A stretch of 64,000 nt of DNA from Chrysomallon squamiferum (GCA_012295275.1 CM022666.1:8060001-8124000); one strand, 5' to 3'; counted from the first letter of the stretch, positions 1 to 14,201 are shown. Notes: a model not told the origin generated them from the letters alone. Translations and numbers: made by a program.

Positions 1-10
1 ACAACTCTTG

Positions 11-64
<54 letters not shown>

Positions 65-283
65 TTTATTTTATTTTACTATTACTTAATTAATTAATAA
101 CGAAATGTTAGATCCTTCATCGAATTAGATAAAAATTAGATAAAAATAAATTAATAGTTCTGTAGAAAAATAGAACGTTATTTTATTCATTCTCGGTTTA
201 AAATAGTTTGAAATGATTACTATTTATTTATTAAACTAAAGAAATATAAGTTCATTATTTTTAACATTAAATATTTAAAAAAA

Positions 284-319
<36 letters not shown>

Positions 320-1765
320 ATGAATGAGTGAATGTTTAACGAAACCCCATCACAAAAAATATATCGGATACTGGGCGTCAAACAAATTATTATCAAAACC
401 ACAATAAGCCTGTATTCGACCGAAATATTCTAACAGTCAGAATGGATCAAATAAAAGAATTAATTTCTGAGCATTAGATCACGAACGTTCGCATAAACTC
501 GTGTAATGACGTCATTTACATCATTTACGGTATCCATGGCACAGAGTACATGATGAAAAATTACTGGTATGCGTCATTTATACCCACACCCTACACCTAT
601 CACCCACACATTTCTAAATAAAGACTTGCATAGATATTTCACAACACGTTTTACTTTAAAAACATTACACTGTTATGTTGTTCGGTAGCCAAGCGCCTAG
701 TTGATCGACTGAATGAATTACATTCGATTATCCGTACCCAGTAAGAAAAGTGATCAATAAAAGAGGCCAATAAATTCTCATTTTCCTATTCATTATCAAA
801 GAACTGATTAAACTCTTTGTGAGCTGATTGTTGTTTAGTGTAAGGTCAGGTGGCATTCTGGATCGATTTTGCTCAGAACCAATATGTATATATGTATGTA
901 ATATATATATATATATATATATCACCTATTTTAGATCGGTTTATCAAAGATAGTGTTTGTAATTTCCGTATAAAAGACCGCAGATCGGTGAATTTCCTTT
1001 CTCGGTGAGCCCATAAAATGAGCTGAGAAAAACATTAATTTATTAGTTCATAGTATGCATTCAGTTACAGTTTAAAGAATCTGCTCCTCCTTAAAATACT
1101 CACACACACACACACACGCACACGCACAACGACCCACCAGCGTCAATGCCGTATTAACAAATGGTCGTTGATTTATATTTTTAGCTATTCCAGAGTGAAA
1201 AGTGCCTTTAACCACTGGAGTCCTAGGGCGTATGTAACTGTGCTAAGCGAACAAACACACAAACAAACAAACAAATGATGGACTACATGTCTTTAGCCAA
1301 GTCAGACTTATGAGTAATATGGCGTTGCACACCATCCGATAAGATACAAGGGCTGCAAAAGCCCAAGCAGATTTTCTAGCTACCCACTTCTCAAAACAAA
1401 TGATGTCATTATGGTGAATCGTTTGCTCTGTAAGTAGCTATCATAAGAATATTTAGATTTAGACATTCTGAAAAGAAAAACAGGAAGAAGAAGAAGAAAA
1501 AAAAGCAAAAGAAAGAAAGAAAGAAAAGAAATTGAAGAAAAAAGATAAAGAAAGGAGGAAAAGAAAAGGAAAAAACACATTTTAGAAAAAGAATAAGGAA
1601 GAGGAAAATAAAGAAACAAAAAATGTGACAAAGAAGAAAGAAAGAAAGAGAAAGAAAGAAAACTCGTCTTCGCGATGCGCCTTGTGAAACACAAATCGAA
1701 CGTTAAGTTCGGATATCTGGAAATGCGGATCATAATAAGCAAAAACGGCACTAAGCAAAAAGAGA

Positions 1766-1843
<78 letters not shown>

Positions 1844-2081
1844 ACAAATTAAACTCATGTGATCAGTCTTCAGTATGTTGCAGGCAGAAGATGAACTGCT
1901 GTTTTCTAAATCAAACGAACTTCATGGAACTCGATAGTTTTTCTCGCTTCCGATTGGTTCAGTGCGGGTAAACTGGTCGGGCGAACTCGTTAAGCCTGTA
2001 ACACGCGTTCGAATTTTTTTTAGGTGATAGACTGTACCAAAGTCCTTTTTGTATGAACATTTTCCCCTGTTTTTAAAATGT

Positions 2082-2130
<49 letters not shown>

Positions 2131-2273
2131 CTCACTGTCTTGTATGTATATATACACACAGAGTAACTACCAAAAATGATAAATATGCTTTTTTTAGTTA
2201 TTTACCCCCTCTTTCTTGTACATACAGTCTCTTTCTCAAAAATATACACACACACACACGCACAGACAGACAG

Positions 2274-2339
<66 letters not shown>

Positions 2340-2979
2340 TAATATCACTTATACAAAATAAAGAAAAGTAAACTAGGAAATTATTTTTTCAAACACATTT
2401 TTTTTTTCTGTATCTAGTCATTCACAAATCATTGCAAACATAATAAAATACATTCTAAAAATCTGACCACTAAAAGATTTTCACCATTCATCTCTTTCCA
2501 ACAAATATACTGACATACATTAACGATTGTCACCTTATGTATTAACGCTGAAATACATTTCAAAACGTGTCATGATGTATGACATACATCTTAAAAAATA
2601 AATAAATAATCTGTTACATAATTAATTCTGTAACGTTAAAGATATAGTGAACACAACAAACTGAAACTAATACGTGAATAATCAGTCATAATAAATAATA
2701 ATAATAATAATAATAATAATAATTTTTAAAATATTCTTTAAAAAATCTCGCATCTGCTCATTTTATAATAAATAAAATTAATTAGGCCCACCCACATTTA
2801 ATAAATATGCCATTTTTGATGTGTCATAAAATTACATATTAAGTCAACACGTACTATGAAAATAAAACGCCATATGTGCTATGTTTTATCCATCAGTTAT
2901 ATGTTCATTTACGTCTTATTAATGTTGTTATTCTTGTTTAGTAATAGACGCTACAAATGTGTGTTTAATTTGACGTGCA

Positions 2980-3011
<32 letters not shown>

Positions 3012-3190
3012 CACCAACAACAGCATGAATATTCCTACTTTGACAAATTATCGTATATTATCCATGCTATTAAGTAAATTCTCTTAAATATAATCAGTCT
3101 TTGACAGTTCGTTTGGATATTTTTTTCCTCTCTTATTATTAATTAATTAATTAATTAATTAATTAATTTATTTATTTATTTATTTATTTA

Positions 3191-3248
<58 letters not shown>

Positions 3249-3858
3249 TCACATCAATTTATTAAATGTGTAAATGAATACTTAACAAACAGACGATACG
3301 GTCATTTTTCGATGTATTTAGTTACACATAAGACAGTAACCAAATACGCCCAGACAACCTTGAACCTCGAAATGCTTATCGTTTCTGTTAACAAACAATC
3401 CGGTCTCGACCTGTTTCGATCCGACCCCCCCTCCCGTCACCACCTACCCTGCTTCTTCTTTTCTCTGTCGGGGAAATCAACAGCTTAAATGTGCCAGTTT
3501 GTTTTCGAAATCAGAGCAGTGTTTATCGATGGCCTAGCAACCAACCAAAACATTTGTTTTATCTAAAACGCCACATGGCATGGTAGCTGCTTTAATCAAA
3601 TCAGATTTGTGTTAGAACTATTAGTCCTATTTATTCGTAAACACCATATATGTGTTTGTTTGTGTGTCTGTGTCTGTGTGTGTTTAAAAGATTTAAAAGT
3701 TGATTATGACGGTCTCCGATTTAATACATAAATATACACAAAGAAATCTAATAAATTTAAGAATACTAACACTTCACCGTTTGTTGCAAATCTTATTAAT
3801 TCTTCGTTTTGGAAATAATAAATAAATTTTTTAAATCAGAACAATTTCATTTGTTATA

Positions 3859-3919
<61 letters not shown>

Positions 3920-3968
3920 TTAATAATAATAATAACAATAATAACAATAATAATTTAATTTGTTGTTA

Positions 3969-4005
<37 letters not shown>

Positions 4006-4759
4006 GTTTTGGAATATATAAATAATAAAATTAAGACAATAATAAATTAATTAAAATAGTTTTCATAAAAGTTTCCCTAAATTGTCACCCCAAATATTTC
4101 CAAGCGATTATTGTTGGTCCTAAATATCGACGGACAGACTCGGCATTAGCCCCCCCCGTCCCCGCCCCTGTTTGCTGGCAAAAGTGGCGTGAACCGTGTT
4201 GAAAAAAACAAAAAAAAAAACAGTGTAAATTATTCACTCACCACAACCAATAATTGTTTCCACAAAGGTCATTGCTCTTTACCAAGTTTTGGGGCAATTG
4301 ACGAAACAAGAATTTTGTAAACGTTACGCTTTTGGAAAAGCATTCGTTTGTTTTCGTGACTAGCCACGAAATGTTTCAGGAAAAAAAACCCCATAAAAAA
4401 CCCCCTTATACATCGACAACAAATATTTCCAAAGTGACTAGACTCAAAAAAGTTCGTTATAAAACTGGTTAAATCATTCGTTATTCTTGAATTTTGGGGT
4501 GGTTTTTTAAATAATTAAATGCATGTAATTAATTTTTAATTTTTTATGAAGAAATATTGTTAGTATCGTTAGTATCGAAAACGTTACGTAAGTAAAATTT
4601 ATAGTAAGAAATCTTACCGATCATTTCGATGTTAATCAAATATCATCTGCTTTCTGAATAATATATTAGCTAGCAAGATTTGTCTGTTTTAATTTATACA
4701 CAAATTACAAAGGTATTGCGTCACACAATCAGTTTTAAAAAAATAGAAAAATAAAAAAA

Positions 4760-4822
<63 letters not shown>

Positions 4823-4973
4823 TAAAATAAAAAATAAAATAAATAATATTTAAATAATACTTTAAACACAAAATTAAAATTGGACAAAACAAATGTAATA
4901 TTGTTTCCGCTTCTGTCATTCAACACAAAATTGGTTGGTTCATTATTGTTCGGTATCCGTACGAAACATTACG

Positions 4974-5486
4974 TCATATCGTAAACGTGGAAACCTTTGA
5001 CGACGACTGGGTAACTTCGGTTTCGTATCTGCTTTTCAGGTATTTCGCCGTTTCTGTCATCTGATGTAAGACATCGAAAAGTCCTGAAATATGGTGGCGA
5101 AAAGCCTGTGCCGTTTTCCTCACATTTACGTTAGAATCGTCTGCCGCCGACTCGCTTGTGTCGTCTGCTTCCCCGTTCGTAGGTCCCGTTATGATTTCAC
5201 TTTTCACTGCGTTCAGCATGGAATAAAAACTGTACATATCGGCACCCGCAGGCAGGGTTGGTACAAGCGCCTTACTGCTGCTGCTGCTGTTGTTGTTATT
5301 GTTATTATTTACTTCCCGAATGATGTCGCTGTCCGAAAGAGGCACTTCCATGTCCCGCAGTTTGCTAGGAATCATTACAGCGTCATCCATGGCATCGACG
5401 GCTTGAACAAAGCGACTGAGAGCCGTCAGCAGCGACTGCTGTGACATTTCTTTGGTTTCTAGCTTCTCCTGTAATTCTCCTTCCAT
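4974..5486 (-). CDS. MID1IP1: Spot14 / THRSP / Mid1-interacting protein 1 (MIG12) family protein, 170 aa, single coding exon
   Basis: The ORF has the family N-terminal signature (SLLTALSRFVQAVDAMDDAVMIPSKLRDM), the central DMYSFYSMLNAVKSEI helix and the C-terminal FRHHISGLFDVLHQMTETAKYLKSRYE helix. It is a GC-richer island in AT-rich flanks. Confidence 0.9.
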   Translation of the reverse strand: MEGELQEKLETKEMSQQSLLTALSRFVQAVDAMDDAVMIPSKLRDMEVPLSDSDIIREVNNNNNNNSSSSSKALVPTLPAGADMYSFYSMLNAVKSEIITGPTNGEADDTSESAADDSNVNVRKTAQAFRHHISGLFDVLHQMTETAKYLKSRYETEVTQSSSKVSTFTI

Positions 5487-5919
5487 TTTTACTTCTTTCT
5501 GTTTTATGTATGTACAGTTCTGGTTGCTTTATTTCTCTTTTGCTGTAGTTCTGGAAGCCGAAAATCGGGAAACACACTGACACAAATAACGGACGCCTAA
5601 AAACAGATCTGATTTTATACACAAATCCTTATCGTATACAGAACACTATACATAATTAATCCCCTTCTCGTCGGCAACCATGCTTCGATACTCAACATAA
5701 CAGTGCAGTCAATTTCCCGGAGGACTTGTCCATTAAACTGTTAGGGGTGAAAGGTTGTCGAGTCCACTGTTGACAATAGTCAGTAACACGGACCACGCAG
5801 CTGAGGAAATACAAATTAAAGAAATCTGTTTGTAAAATAACATTTATTGAACAATGCAGCTCTCTGGATTTGCTGTACCTATCCTGGGTGCTATGATCCT
5901 AAATGTTGACACTCCCCTG

Positions 5920-5986
5920 TTTTATAATAGATTTCATGACCTTGTAACCCTCGATGAGCTATGCAGAAATGGTTATCGCTGATTGG
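5920..5986 (-). promoter_or_regulatory. Probable core promoter of the Spot14-family gene (TATA box and CCAAT box)
   Basis: Minus-strand TATAAAA at 5920-5926 and CCAAT at 5982-5986, in the expected order and about 60 bp apart, about 440 bp upstream of the ATG. Confidence 0.5.
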
Positions 5987-7740
5987 CTGTAACAGATCAG
6001 GTTGTGCAAAGAGGGGAGAGGCCATGGACAGAAATAAAACTTATCCTGTAAACGTGGATTTCTTACTAATGCAAAATCACGTTTTGAAATACACAAAAAT
6101 GGGAATGATATTTTTAAACATGTTTCTTTCTTTCTTTTCTTTTTGATTTGAGAGGGAGAGATAGTCTGACTCAACATTAATGACCCTCACACTTAATCAG
6201 TGCATTGATTTTGAATTTAACGTCAGCTACATTGACGAGATCATTTGAAATGCACATAATTTACCGAAATCGTGCCTTCTTCTTCTTCTTTTTTCTTTTT
6301 TTATCGTATGTTTGGAATGCCTCATCACATTTTTTAGAAATGAGAAAATTACCTGTAACAAAAAACCAAAAGAAATAAAAAATAAAAATAATAATAAAAA
6401 CCAGGAAAAGATAAAAGGAAAAAAATAAGAAAAGAATAAACAAAACAAAAGATATCACATTTTCACAGTTTTTAATTTAACTATACTATGTTATAAAATG
6501 TATGTGTATACCTGATATAACTCAGGATTTTTAAATAAATAAATAAATCAATATTTATCGCGATGCTGATATGAACCGACGAATGAAATATTATAACAGA
6601 ACTAAATACCCTAATTTGAAAATAATATATTTTAAAGGCTTCAGCAGGTAAAAATCAATTTCTAAAAATTTCTTGTACAGCAGACAAACATCCCAAGTCA
6701 AACCGCTACCTGATGGGTTACTAGTTTTACTGTTCAAACTACGTACCTGGTAACCAATACAAAAATAAAAATAAATAAATAAATAATGCCCACACCCGAA
6801 TATACACAAACATACTACCCACACATAGGTAATTCATACACTATCTCTCAGTACATTAAAAAAAATAATAATAAAAACTTCTTTTAAAAACATGACTATA
6901 ATGAAACAATGCAAGGTACATGATATTTCTTAATCAGACATCAGTTGTTAAGATGCGCCTGGGGCGGTTCCAGAATTTCACCAAGCGGAGGTAACACAAA
7001 TTCGACAGTGGTTTCAAGTGTTTTCTTAAAAGTGTATCTGAACAGCAAGCAAACCCCACCATCACAACTACTACCACCACCACTATTGCTGCTGTTGCTA
7101 CTACGTTTACCATAGCTAATTGCTACTATTACGAGCAGTAGTGATATTACTATTATTAAATGAACCATTAATCATACTTTGCAAACTGGCTCGATTTCAA
7201 AGTTCGGTCCTGTTACTGTTAATCAATAATGAGAACAAAACAAAAAATTCCCCTAAATTTCAATCTTTTCAGGATTCCGGACGCAATCTAAAAAAAAATA
7301 AAAATAAAAAAAACAACCCGGAAACTACTGTGTTCTCGTTCAAGTAAAACTAATCCAGTAAACACTGGCATTTGAGATAAAATATTTCTTTCTGTTTTTT
7401 TTTGTTTTAATTTTTTAATTTTTTTTATTTGATTAATTCTATATCCTAAGTGACATCCATTGGTAAATCAGAGGGTGCTGTGTTTGCCGTGATATTCTGA
7501 CGTATAAAAAATGCCTTGTCAGACAGACACACAGACAGAGAGAGACATACAACGACGGACAATAACTAAAAATACAGTGTACCCATAGTGCTACGAATAA
7601 ATGGTCTACACTTTATACTTTATACTTCCAAGCTATTATTTTATTATTTAGGGTGATTCACCATAGCTCATAAAAAAGTTTAAATAAAATATAAAATATT
7701 AGAATGCCTTTAGTTTCCTACATCACAACCAGCGTCATTT

Positions 7741-7880
7741 CAGACTGGTAGTATTAATATTTTTCTTAGAAAGAAAACAGGAAGAACTATGTACGTCATG
7801 ACGTCATTTCTTGCATAGCAGACTGATAGTATTAATATTTTTCTTAGAAAGAAAACATGAAGAACTATGTACGCGATGAC
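7741..7880. repeat. Short direct duplication of about 60 bp (period 79)
   Basis: cagactg(g/a)tagtattaatatttttcttagaaagaaaaca(g/t)gaagaactatgtacg starts at 7741 and at 7820. Confidence 0.85.
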
Positions 7881-8712
7881 AAAAAAAAATAAATAATAAT
7901 AATAATAATAATAATAAAAATAACTAAAATATAACTTGAATATATTTAGATTATTTTCTAATATTCAACAAATAAATATTTTAAAGTTACCTAACCATAT
8001 TGAATAAAGTTTTCTTTTAACAAAATAAATTTTAACTTTAGTGACCTTGACAGTGTTTTTGACAAACATAGCAGAATAAAAAAAATTTCAAAGCCTCTCT
8101 TTCGAAACAAAATAAACACATAATTTCAAAGCAATTTTCTACTTGCACTTTCTTCAGGAAGCATTAATTCAATTATATCAGCTTGACGTGTGTGTGTGTG
8201 TGTGTGCGTGTGTGTGTGTGCGTGCGTGCGTGCGTGTTTGTGTGTGTGTGTGTGTGTTTGTCCTGCAATCATTATTTTTACTTCTATAAATTACTTACTG
8301 TTTACACACAAATAGTTTATTTAAATGATTTTTCTTCCTTGAACGAATCAGTGCTATAAATAAAAATAACAATAAACCGGATCTGTAACATTATATGCTT
8401 GAATAATAATAATAACAGTCTTCAAGATTAGCGTTGAGTACCAGCAAATATTTATCAAGTTTCTTCTGAGAATTTCTGAAGTGTTTAATAATAACATCGA
8501 AGATTATATTTACTGACATGTTTAGAACCAAACAAAAAACAGTATGCTACACAGAAGAAAATGTTTCCTGGTTTAACTTTAACGGGACATTCTGTGTGAC
8601 CGTGTGTTTCAGTATTTACGTATTTGCACGAGAGTTTGTATATCGCAAATATTATTTGAAATACTGAACAATTAATATAACAAAATAATTTAACAAAAAT
8701 AAAATTCATTTC

Positions 8713-8769
<57 letters not shown>

Positions 8770-9268
8770 AAATAAACTCATTGATATTCATAGGACAAAC
8801 ATTTATAATAAGTTCGAAAAAAAATTCAGTGACCTCTTCTATAAAACTGGCCTTCGCAGTTTCACTTTTAAATCATGGTGACATTCGACTCAGAACATTT
8901 TTAATCACTTGATTGTCATCATAAAGAAATAAATTAATATTAATGATACAGGGCTATTTGATAGTTTGTTTGTTTGTACTTGGTGACGCAACATTTCCTA
9001 TGTTGTGTCCGATAGCAGAGGTTGAGGGCGTGCAAAGAGACAGGAACGATAACTCCAATTTGACATGTTGACGGCTTCCTTCGACTGTTCAGTCGTTATA
9101 CTAATATTAAATTACAGCAGGACTTTGTTCAAGGCTGTAATTATTTTTTATCGATACAAGCAAACGATAGATCGTTAAACACCTTAAACTACATGGGAAT
9201 TGATAAATTAAAAATGTTAGAAACAAAAAAAATAATAATAATAATAAAAAAATAATAAATAAAAGTAA

Positions 9269-9299
<31 letters not shown>

Positions 9300-9777
9300 A
9301 AGTTAAAATTAAAAAAATTAAAAATAGAGATAATAAATTATTAAAAATGTATAAATTTATGCATTATTATAGCTATGGCATATAACGATGATAATTAACA
9401 TCACTGACAGTAGCGTCTTGCAAAGCGTAGTTATTAGCTTTAAATCCTTCACAGGTTCAGTTTCATACATAAAATAACTGAAAGTGATCTACGTGGAGGA
9501 TGAACAATCAAACAAACTGTAAAAATGCGTTTTTACGAAACTGTGCAACATTACAGAGTTCTTGGCTCTTACAAACAGATAACTACACGAGAAATTCAAA
9601 CACAGGTGGATTTTTAATCCAGTAAAAATTCTTGACGTATGCTGAATGTAAATTGCTGGACATTTCAAAATAAAGGAATATTCAGCTTGTAGATTATTTT
9701 CATTACAATTTAACATTTTCATTCAGATTTTTCACTACAGGAATATATCTGCTTTGTTTAATACCCAGCTGATGTGA

Positions 9778-9838
9778 CGAAACACGTAACAATGAAACGA
9801 AACACGTAACAATGAAACGAAACACGTAACAATGAAAC
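9778..9838. repeat. 20-bp tandem repeat, 3 copies
   Basis: gaaacacgtaacaatgaaac occurs three times in tandem. Confidence 0.9.
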
Positions 9839-9967
9839 AAAAGCAGTGTAACAGTTCGGTTGTTGTTCAAGTTTAACAGTGCAGACTGCTATAATCATAA
9901 TAGGATTATTCATTAAGTCATCGCTTTTTTACCAGTATACGGCTATTGTTAAAGTGTATACATCAGT

Positions 9968-10001
<34 letters not shown>

Positions 10002-10509
10002 AATTTTTGTACTAATAAATTATTCCTAACTGCAGACCTTAGAAAATGCATTGATATTGGCATTTTTAGCTTTTATACTGCGATATTATTTAATACCAGA
10101 GAAAAAACAGTTGATTAAATAAACGTTGCTATGTATACCAGGATTTTGTTATCATAATCATCTACATCATCATCATCATCTATCAGAATTTTATTATCAT
10201 AATGATCTACATCATCATCATCATCTATCAGAATTTTATTATCATTATCATCATCATAATAATTGTTGTTGTTGTTGTCTTTGTGTTATTACTATTATAA
10301 CTTAATTATTTATTTATTCCTAACGGCAGTGTAAGTGCAGTCATGAACTTGCTATTTTCTTGTTATACTTTATTTTCAGCACAAACTGATCGCCTGAAAC
10401 AAACAAAACAATAAACAGGGATAATATAAAATGAATTTGGGCTATCGTATTTTATTTTTCTTGTAAACAATATACAAATAAATAAATTTGTTAGAAATGT
10501 ATAGAAGTG

Positions 10510-11150
10510 TTTAGACCATTTGTGCATTAAGTACAAAATATATTTAGATCATTTGTGCATTAGATACAAAACGTATTTAAACAATATATATATAACGTTC
10601 AAAACGTATTTAGACTATATGTATATAATGTTCATAACCTATTTAGACCATTTTTATATAACATTCAAAACGTATTTAGATCATTTGTATATAATGTTCA
10701 AAACTTATTTAGACAATTTGTATATAACATTCAAAACATATTTAGACCATTTATATATAGCATTCAAACGTATTTAGACCATTTTTATATAACGTTCAAA
10801 ACGTATTTAGACCATTTGTATATAACGTTCAAAACATATTAAGACCATTTGTATATAACGTTCAAAATATATTTAGACCATTTGTATATAACGTTCAAAA
10901 CGTATTTAGACCATTTGTATATAACATTCAAAATGTATTAAGACCATTTGTATATAACGTTCAAAGCGTATTTAGACCATTTGTATATAACGTTCAAAAT
11001 GTATTAAGACCATTTGTATATAACGCTCAAAACGTATTTAGACCATTTGTATATAACATTCAAAATGTATTAAGACCATTTGTATATAACGTTCAAAGCG
11101 TATTTAGACTATTTGTAAATAACGTTCAAAACGTATTTAGACAATTTATG
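10510..11150. repeat. 33-bp minisatellite, about 19 copies
   Basis: Consensus ttagaccatttgtatataacgttcaaaacgtat repeated head to tail. It explains the 11-aa periodic ORF at 10520-10777. Confidence 0.95.
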
Positions 11151-12046
11151 TAACGTACCTAAAACACTTAAATTATTTGTTCTTAACTTTGAATAATGTA
11201 TATAACGAACTGCGTAAATTTCTGAAAATGAATTCACACTCCGAACTGTTCTTGGCTAATGATTTCACATAGCATTTATTATTATTAAAATCTGGTTACT
11301 TTAAACTAAGTTATTTCATCTAGTAGATTCCTATTCATTATTTATAATTTATTCAGACAATGTCAGTAAGTGTATAATTTATTTAAATGTACGGTAATAA
11401 GGTGGGTTATATATGCGTACATACATAAACACACATAGAAACATATATACATAGACAAACATACATACATATATACTTACATACAAACACACACATATAC
11501 ATATATACGGATATATAAACACATTCACGGTTGGTTAACAGTTTATTTATTTATTTATTTATTTATTTTATTTTTATTTTCCTAACTCTAAAATAAGCGA
11601 ATTTCCCAGATCAGCCTATGTCATGGGTCACCAAAATGGCTGATACCTACATCAAGGTGTTGATGAGATAGGTTTAGGTTTTGAACTTGAAGAGTAATGT
11701 AAAGATCCCAACCTTTGAGCAATGATAAAACTTTTTCAGCTTCTTTTGTCCTCTTCAAATACATGTACGACTGAAGTGTACCTATGATGACTCGGTTTTG
11801 AAGATGTCATCAAATAATAATAATAATAATAATAATTAAAAAAAAAAAAAAATTATTGTAACTCAAAACATACAAAAACGTATTCCATAGATACACAGAC
11901 ACACGTATCAAATTATCTTAGCTCACAAGATTTGAAATGAATATTAATACAATTCAAAAATATACAAACACACATATCTCTATCTCAGAAACATACAAAT
12001 ACATATATGACTTAGACACATATGAATACACATCCCAGACAAAACG

Positions 12047-13372
12047 CTAAGATCTTTTCTTTATAGAATTTCTCACATAGACAATTACTTTCCATGGATC
12101 TATATTGACATTGGTAGCAGCAAACAGCTCCAACGAACTGATGTCTGTGCGCATGTCTGACACTGTTCCCCGTGTAATGATCCGTGCATACGCTGGAATG
12201 CGACCTTTAGAATTCTTCAAGGCAGGCAACCCAATACCGAGACTGAAACTGAAAAGTTTCCGATCATCTACAAATGCCCTGAGAACAAAGTATATCAGTT
12301 CAAAGAAATGTTCGTCTGCTTCCTGGCTAATCACGACAACTTCGTTATCCTTTCTCGGTATCAGACTGGCGAAAACTACAGCGTTTCCGTGGTGAGCTGT
12401 GAGTCCAAGAAGTGAGTAGAAATGAACAAGATCCTGGAAGTAATTGGTGCCAGTGTTTCGGTAGTAGCTCTCGGCCGCCGATCTCCACATCTCGATGACG
12501 CCGTGGTAGCTGGTTGGATCGAGAAAGCCGTGCATGTGTGGATGGATTTGACTGACTCCTGCTTTAGGAAACAGGTCCCACACTATTAAAGGATACTGAG
12601 ATTTGTTATCAAAGACACTGGCTGCTCGAAACCACTTCACAGACAGGAGCATCATGTCCATGAACTCTTCCAGCGTCCACTTCAGTGGATGGTGCTTCTT
12701 GAGGACAAACAAAGCGTGCCAGTTGTCCATCTTGAAAGCGTTGGAAGCGGTAAATGCGTGTTTCGACTCCAGCCGATGTATTACATGCTCGGCCGTGAAA
12801 TTTCGATAGCTACAAAAGTCGCACGATATTTCGCTTTCGGAAACCAACCTCTCGACGTAATCCTCCTCAGATTCCTTCGGTCGTACAACAGGTCGTTTCT
12901 CTCTTAAAGGATTGAAAATGGTTTCTTCTCTAGTGTAGTAATTGTAGATGTGTATAATTTCCTGCTGCCTGGACTGCTGAAACAAATCCTCATCGTTACC
13001 TAACCACGATCTCATTTTCATTTCGAATGGTTTTGGAAACAATATCGGAGCTCTACGTTTCTCGATACGAAAAACAGACGAAAACTTTCTGTGTAAATCT
13101 TTGCAGTGAAAATCTTCAGATTGTGACCATTGCTGGGTAATGTCTTCGAGATTAGAAACAGAAAACAGAAGAGACTTTTCTTTTAGACATCTTCTTCTGA
13201 ACCACGACTGGTCGTATGACGATTTTACAACGAGTCTCGGCCATTGTGAATAAGAACTGTTCAGCGATGAGGTTAAATTCGGCAAGTTTTTTATGCCCAC
13301 AGCAGAGAAATAGAAAATTAACAACACAGTCGTAATTGTGAAGAATAGAAATATACGTCGCCGAGAGTACAT
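12047..13372 (-). CDS. Uncharacterised type II membrane protein with GalT/HIT-superfamily domain, copy 1 (intact, 441 aa)
   Basis: Intronless 441-codon ORF. It has a short basic N-tail plus a hydrophobic anchor (MYSRRRIFLFFTITTVLLIFYFSAVG), FNPLREKRP, CDFC (GalT-like CxxC) and GVSQIHPHMH (histidine triad; compare GalT GCSNPHPHGQ). Confidence 0.85.
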   Translation of the reverse strand: MYSRRRIFLFFTITTVLLIFYFSAVGIKNLPNLTSSLNSSYSQWPRLVVKSSYDQSWFRRRCLKEKSLLFSVSNLEDITQQWSQSEDFHCKDLHRKFSSVFRIEKRRAPILFPKPFEMKMRSWLGNDEDLFQQSRQQEIIHIYNYYTREETIFNPLREKRPVVRPKESEEDYVERLVSESEISCDFCSYRNFTAEHVIHRLESKHAFTASNAFKMDNWHALFVLKKHHPLKWTLEEFMDMMLLSVKWFRAASVFDNKSQYPLIVWDLFPKAGVSQIHPHMHGFLDPTSYHGVIEMWRSAAESYYRNTGTNYFQDLVHFYSLLGLTAHHGNAVVFASLIPRKDNEVVVISQEADEHFFELIYFVLRAFVDDRKLFSFSLGIGLPALKNSKGRIPAYARIITRGTVSDMRTDISSLELFAATNVNIDPWKVIVYVRNSIKKRS

Positions 13373-14201
13373 TGTTTTAAATCATTTCATCTCAAGCTTG
13401 TTTCGCTATGTGTTTTTATACAAATTTTCTATCGTCGTTTCAGGATTTCAAACCCGATTACCTGCTAATCTCAAATTTCTTTTAATGCTCAATATCCACT
13501 TCTTGTTTTAACTTGCAACGTGTAATCCGTTTCTGTAGGGCTGGACACGAATAACTGTAGATGTTTATCGAATATTCAGTAGTCAGTGAAACACAGTGTT
13601 TAACGTGGAGTTTATTTTATTTCATTTCGTCGGAGACGTTGTTTTCACTTGCTAATTTTGTCAAACATCTGTACATTACTTTCAATAGCCGGCTGTTTTT
13701 TATTGCCCGATTGATTAATCAATTCATAAAAAAAACCTGGAAAAGATTTAAAGAGCAATGGTGACAGCTAATGGGCGTTGTCTCATTTCAAACTGCGAAA
13801 CAGAAAGTCGTAGATAAATGTCCTCCTGACAAAGGACTGGTGTTTTGAATCAGTCCTCTTAAACAGACAAACCGATGATCTCGGTGTATCGAATTTGTAA
13901 CTTTAAAAAATGTGTTCTGTTATTACAGGCGTTGCACTTGAATGACTACTACGTTTTCAATGCAGGTGAATGCATGCTTAAATACAGTTATTATTTGGTT
14001 TTTCACCATGAAAGCAAAGCCTGCAAGTTTAATTGTATGTTGTCTTTGTCAGAACGCACAGGCATTTTCCTGTGCACAAAAGAAACACACAGTAACACAC
14101 AAACAGAGAGACAGATTCAGAGAGAGCAAAGAGAGATATATACACACACACATACAAACGTAAATTTGTGAACATGCCCATAAGCACATGTGAACATATG
14201 C

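Noticed and set aside
1380-2361. ORFs with poly-LS, poly-ER or poly-L (and similar at 14029-14509, 27614-27823, 37011-37193, 40074-40338, 46568-47334)
   Set aside because: They are translations of (AG)n, (AT/AC)n, (AAT)n and (TATC)n microsatellites with no real coding signal.
7400-8060. Possible Helentron/MITE-like fragments (also about 4040-4170, 6958-7000 and 29140-29220)
   Set aside because: They only vaguely resemble common invertebrate repeats. I could not define paired termini or target-site duplications from the sequence alone.
10510-11150. 33-bp (and 25-bp at 43495-44630) regular repeats as CRISPR-like arrays or repeat proteins
   Set aside because: Units are head to tail with no unique spacers, there are no cas genes, the context is eukaryotic and the frames are interrupted. 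They are ordinary minisatellites.
12105-12907. Plus-strand ORFs repeated in each HIT-like copy, and 5091-5444 over the Spot14 gene
   Set aside because: They are antisense shadows of real minus-strand CDSs and recur only because of the duplication.
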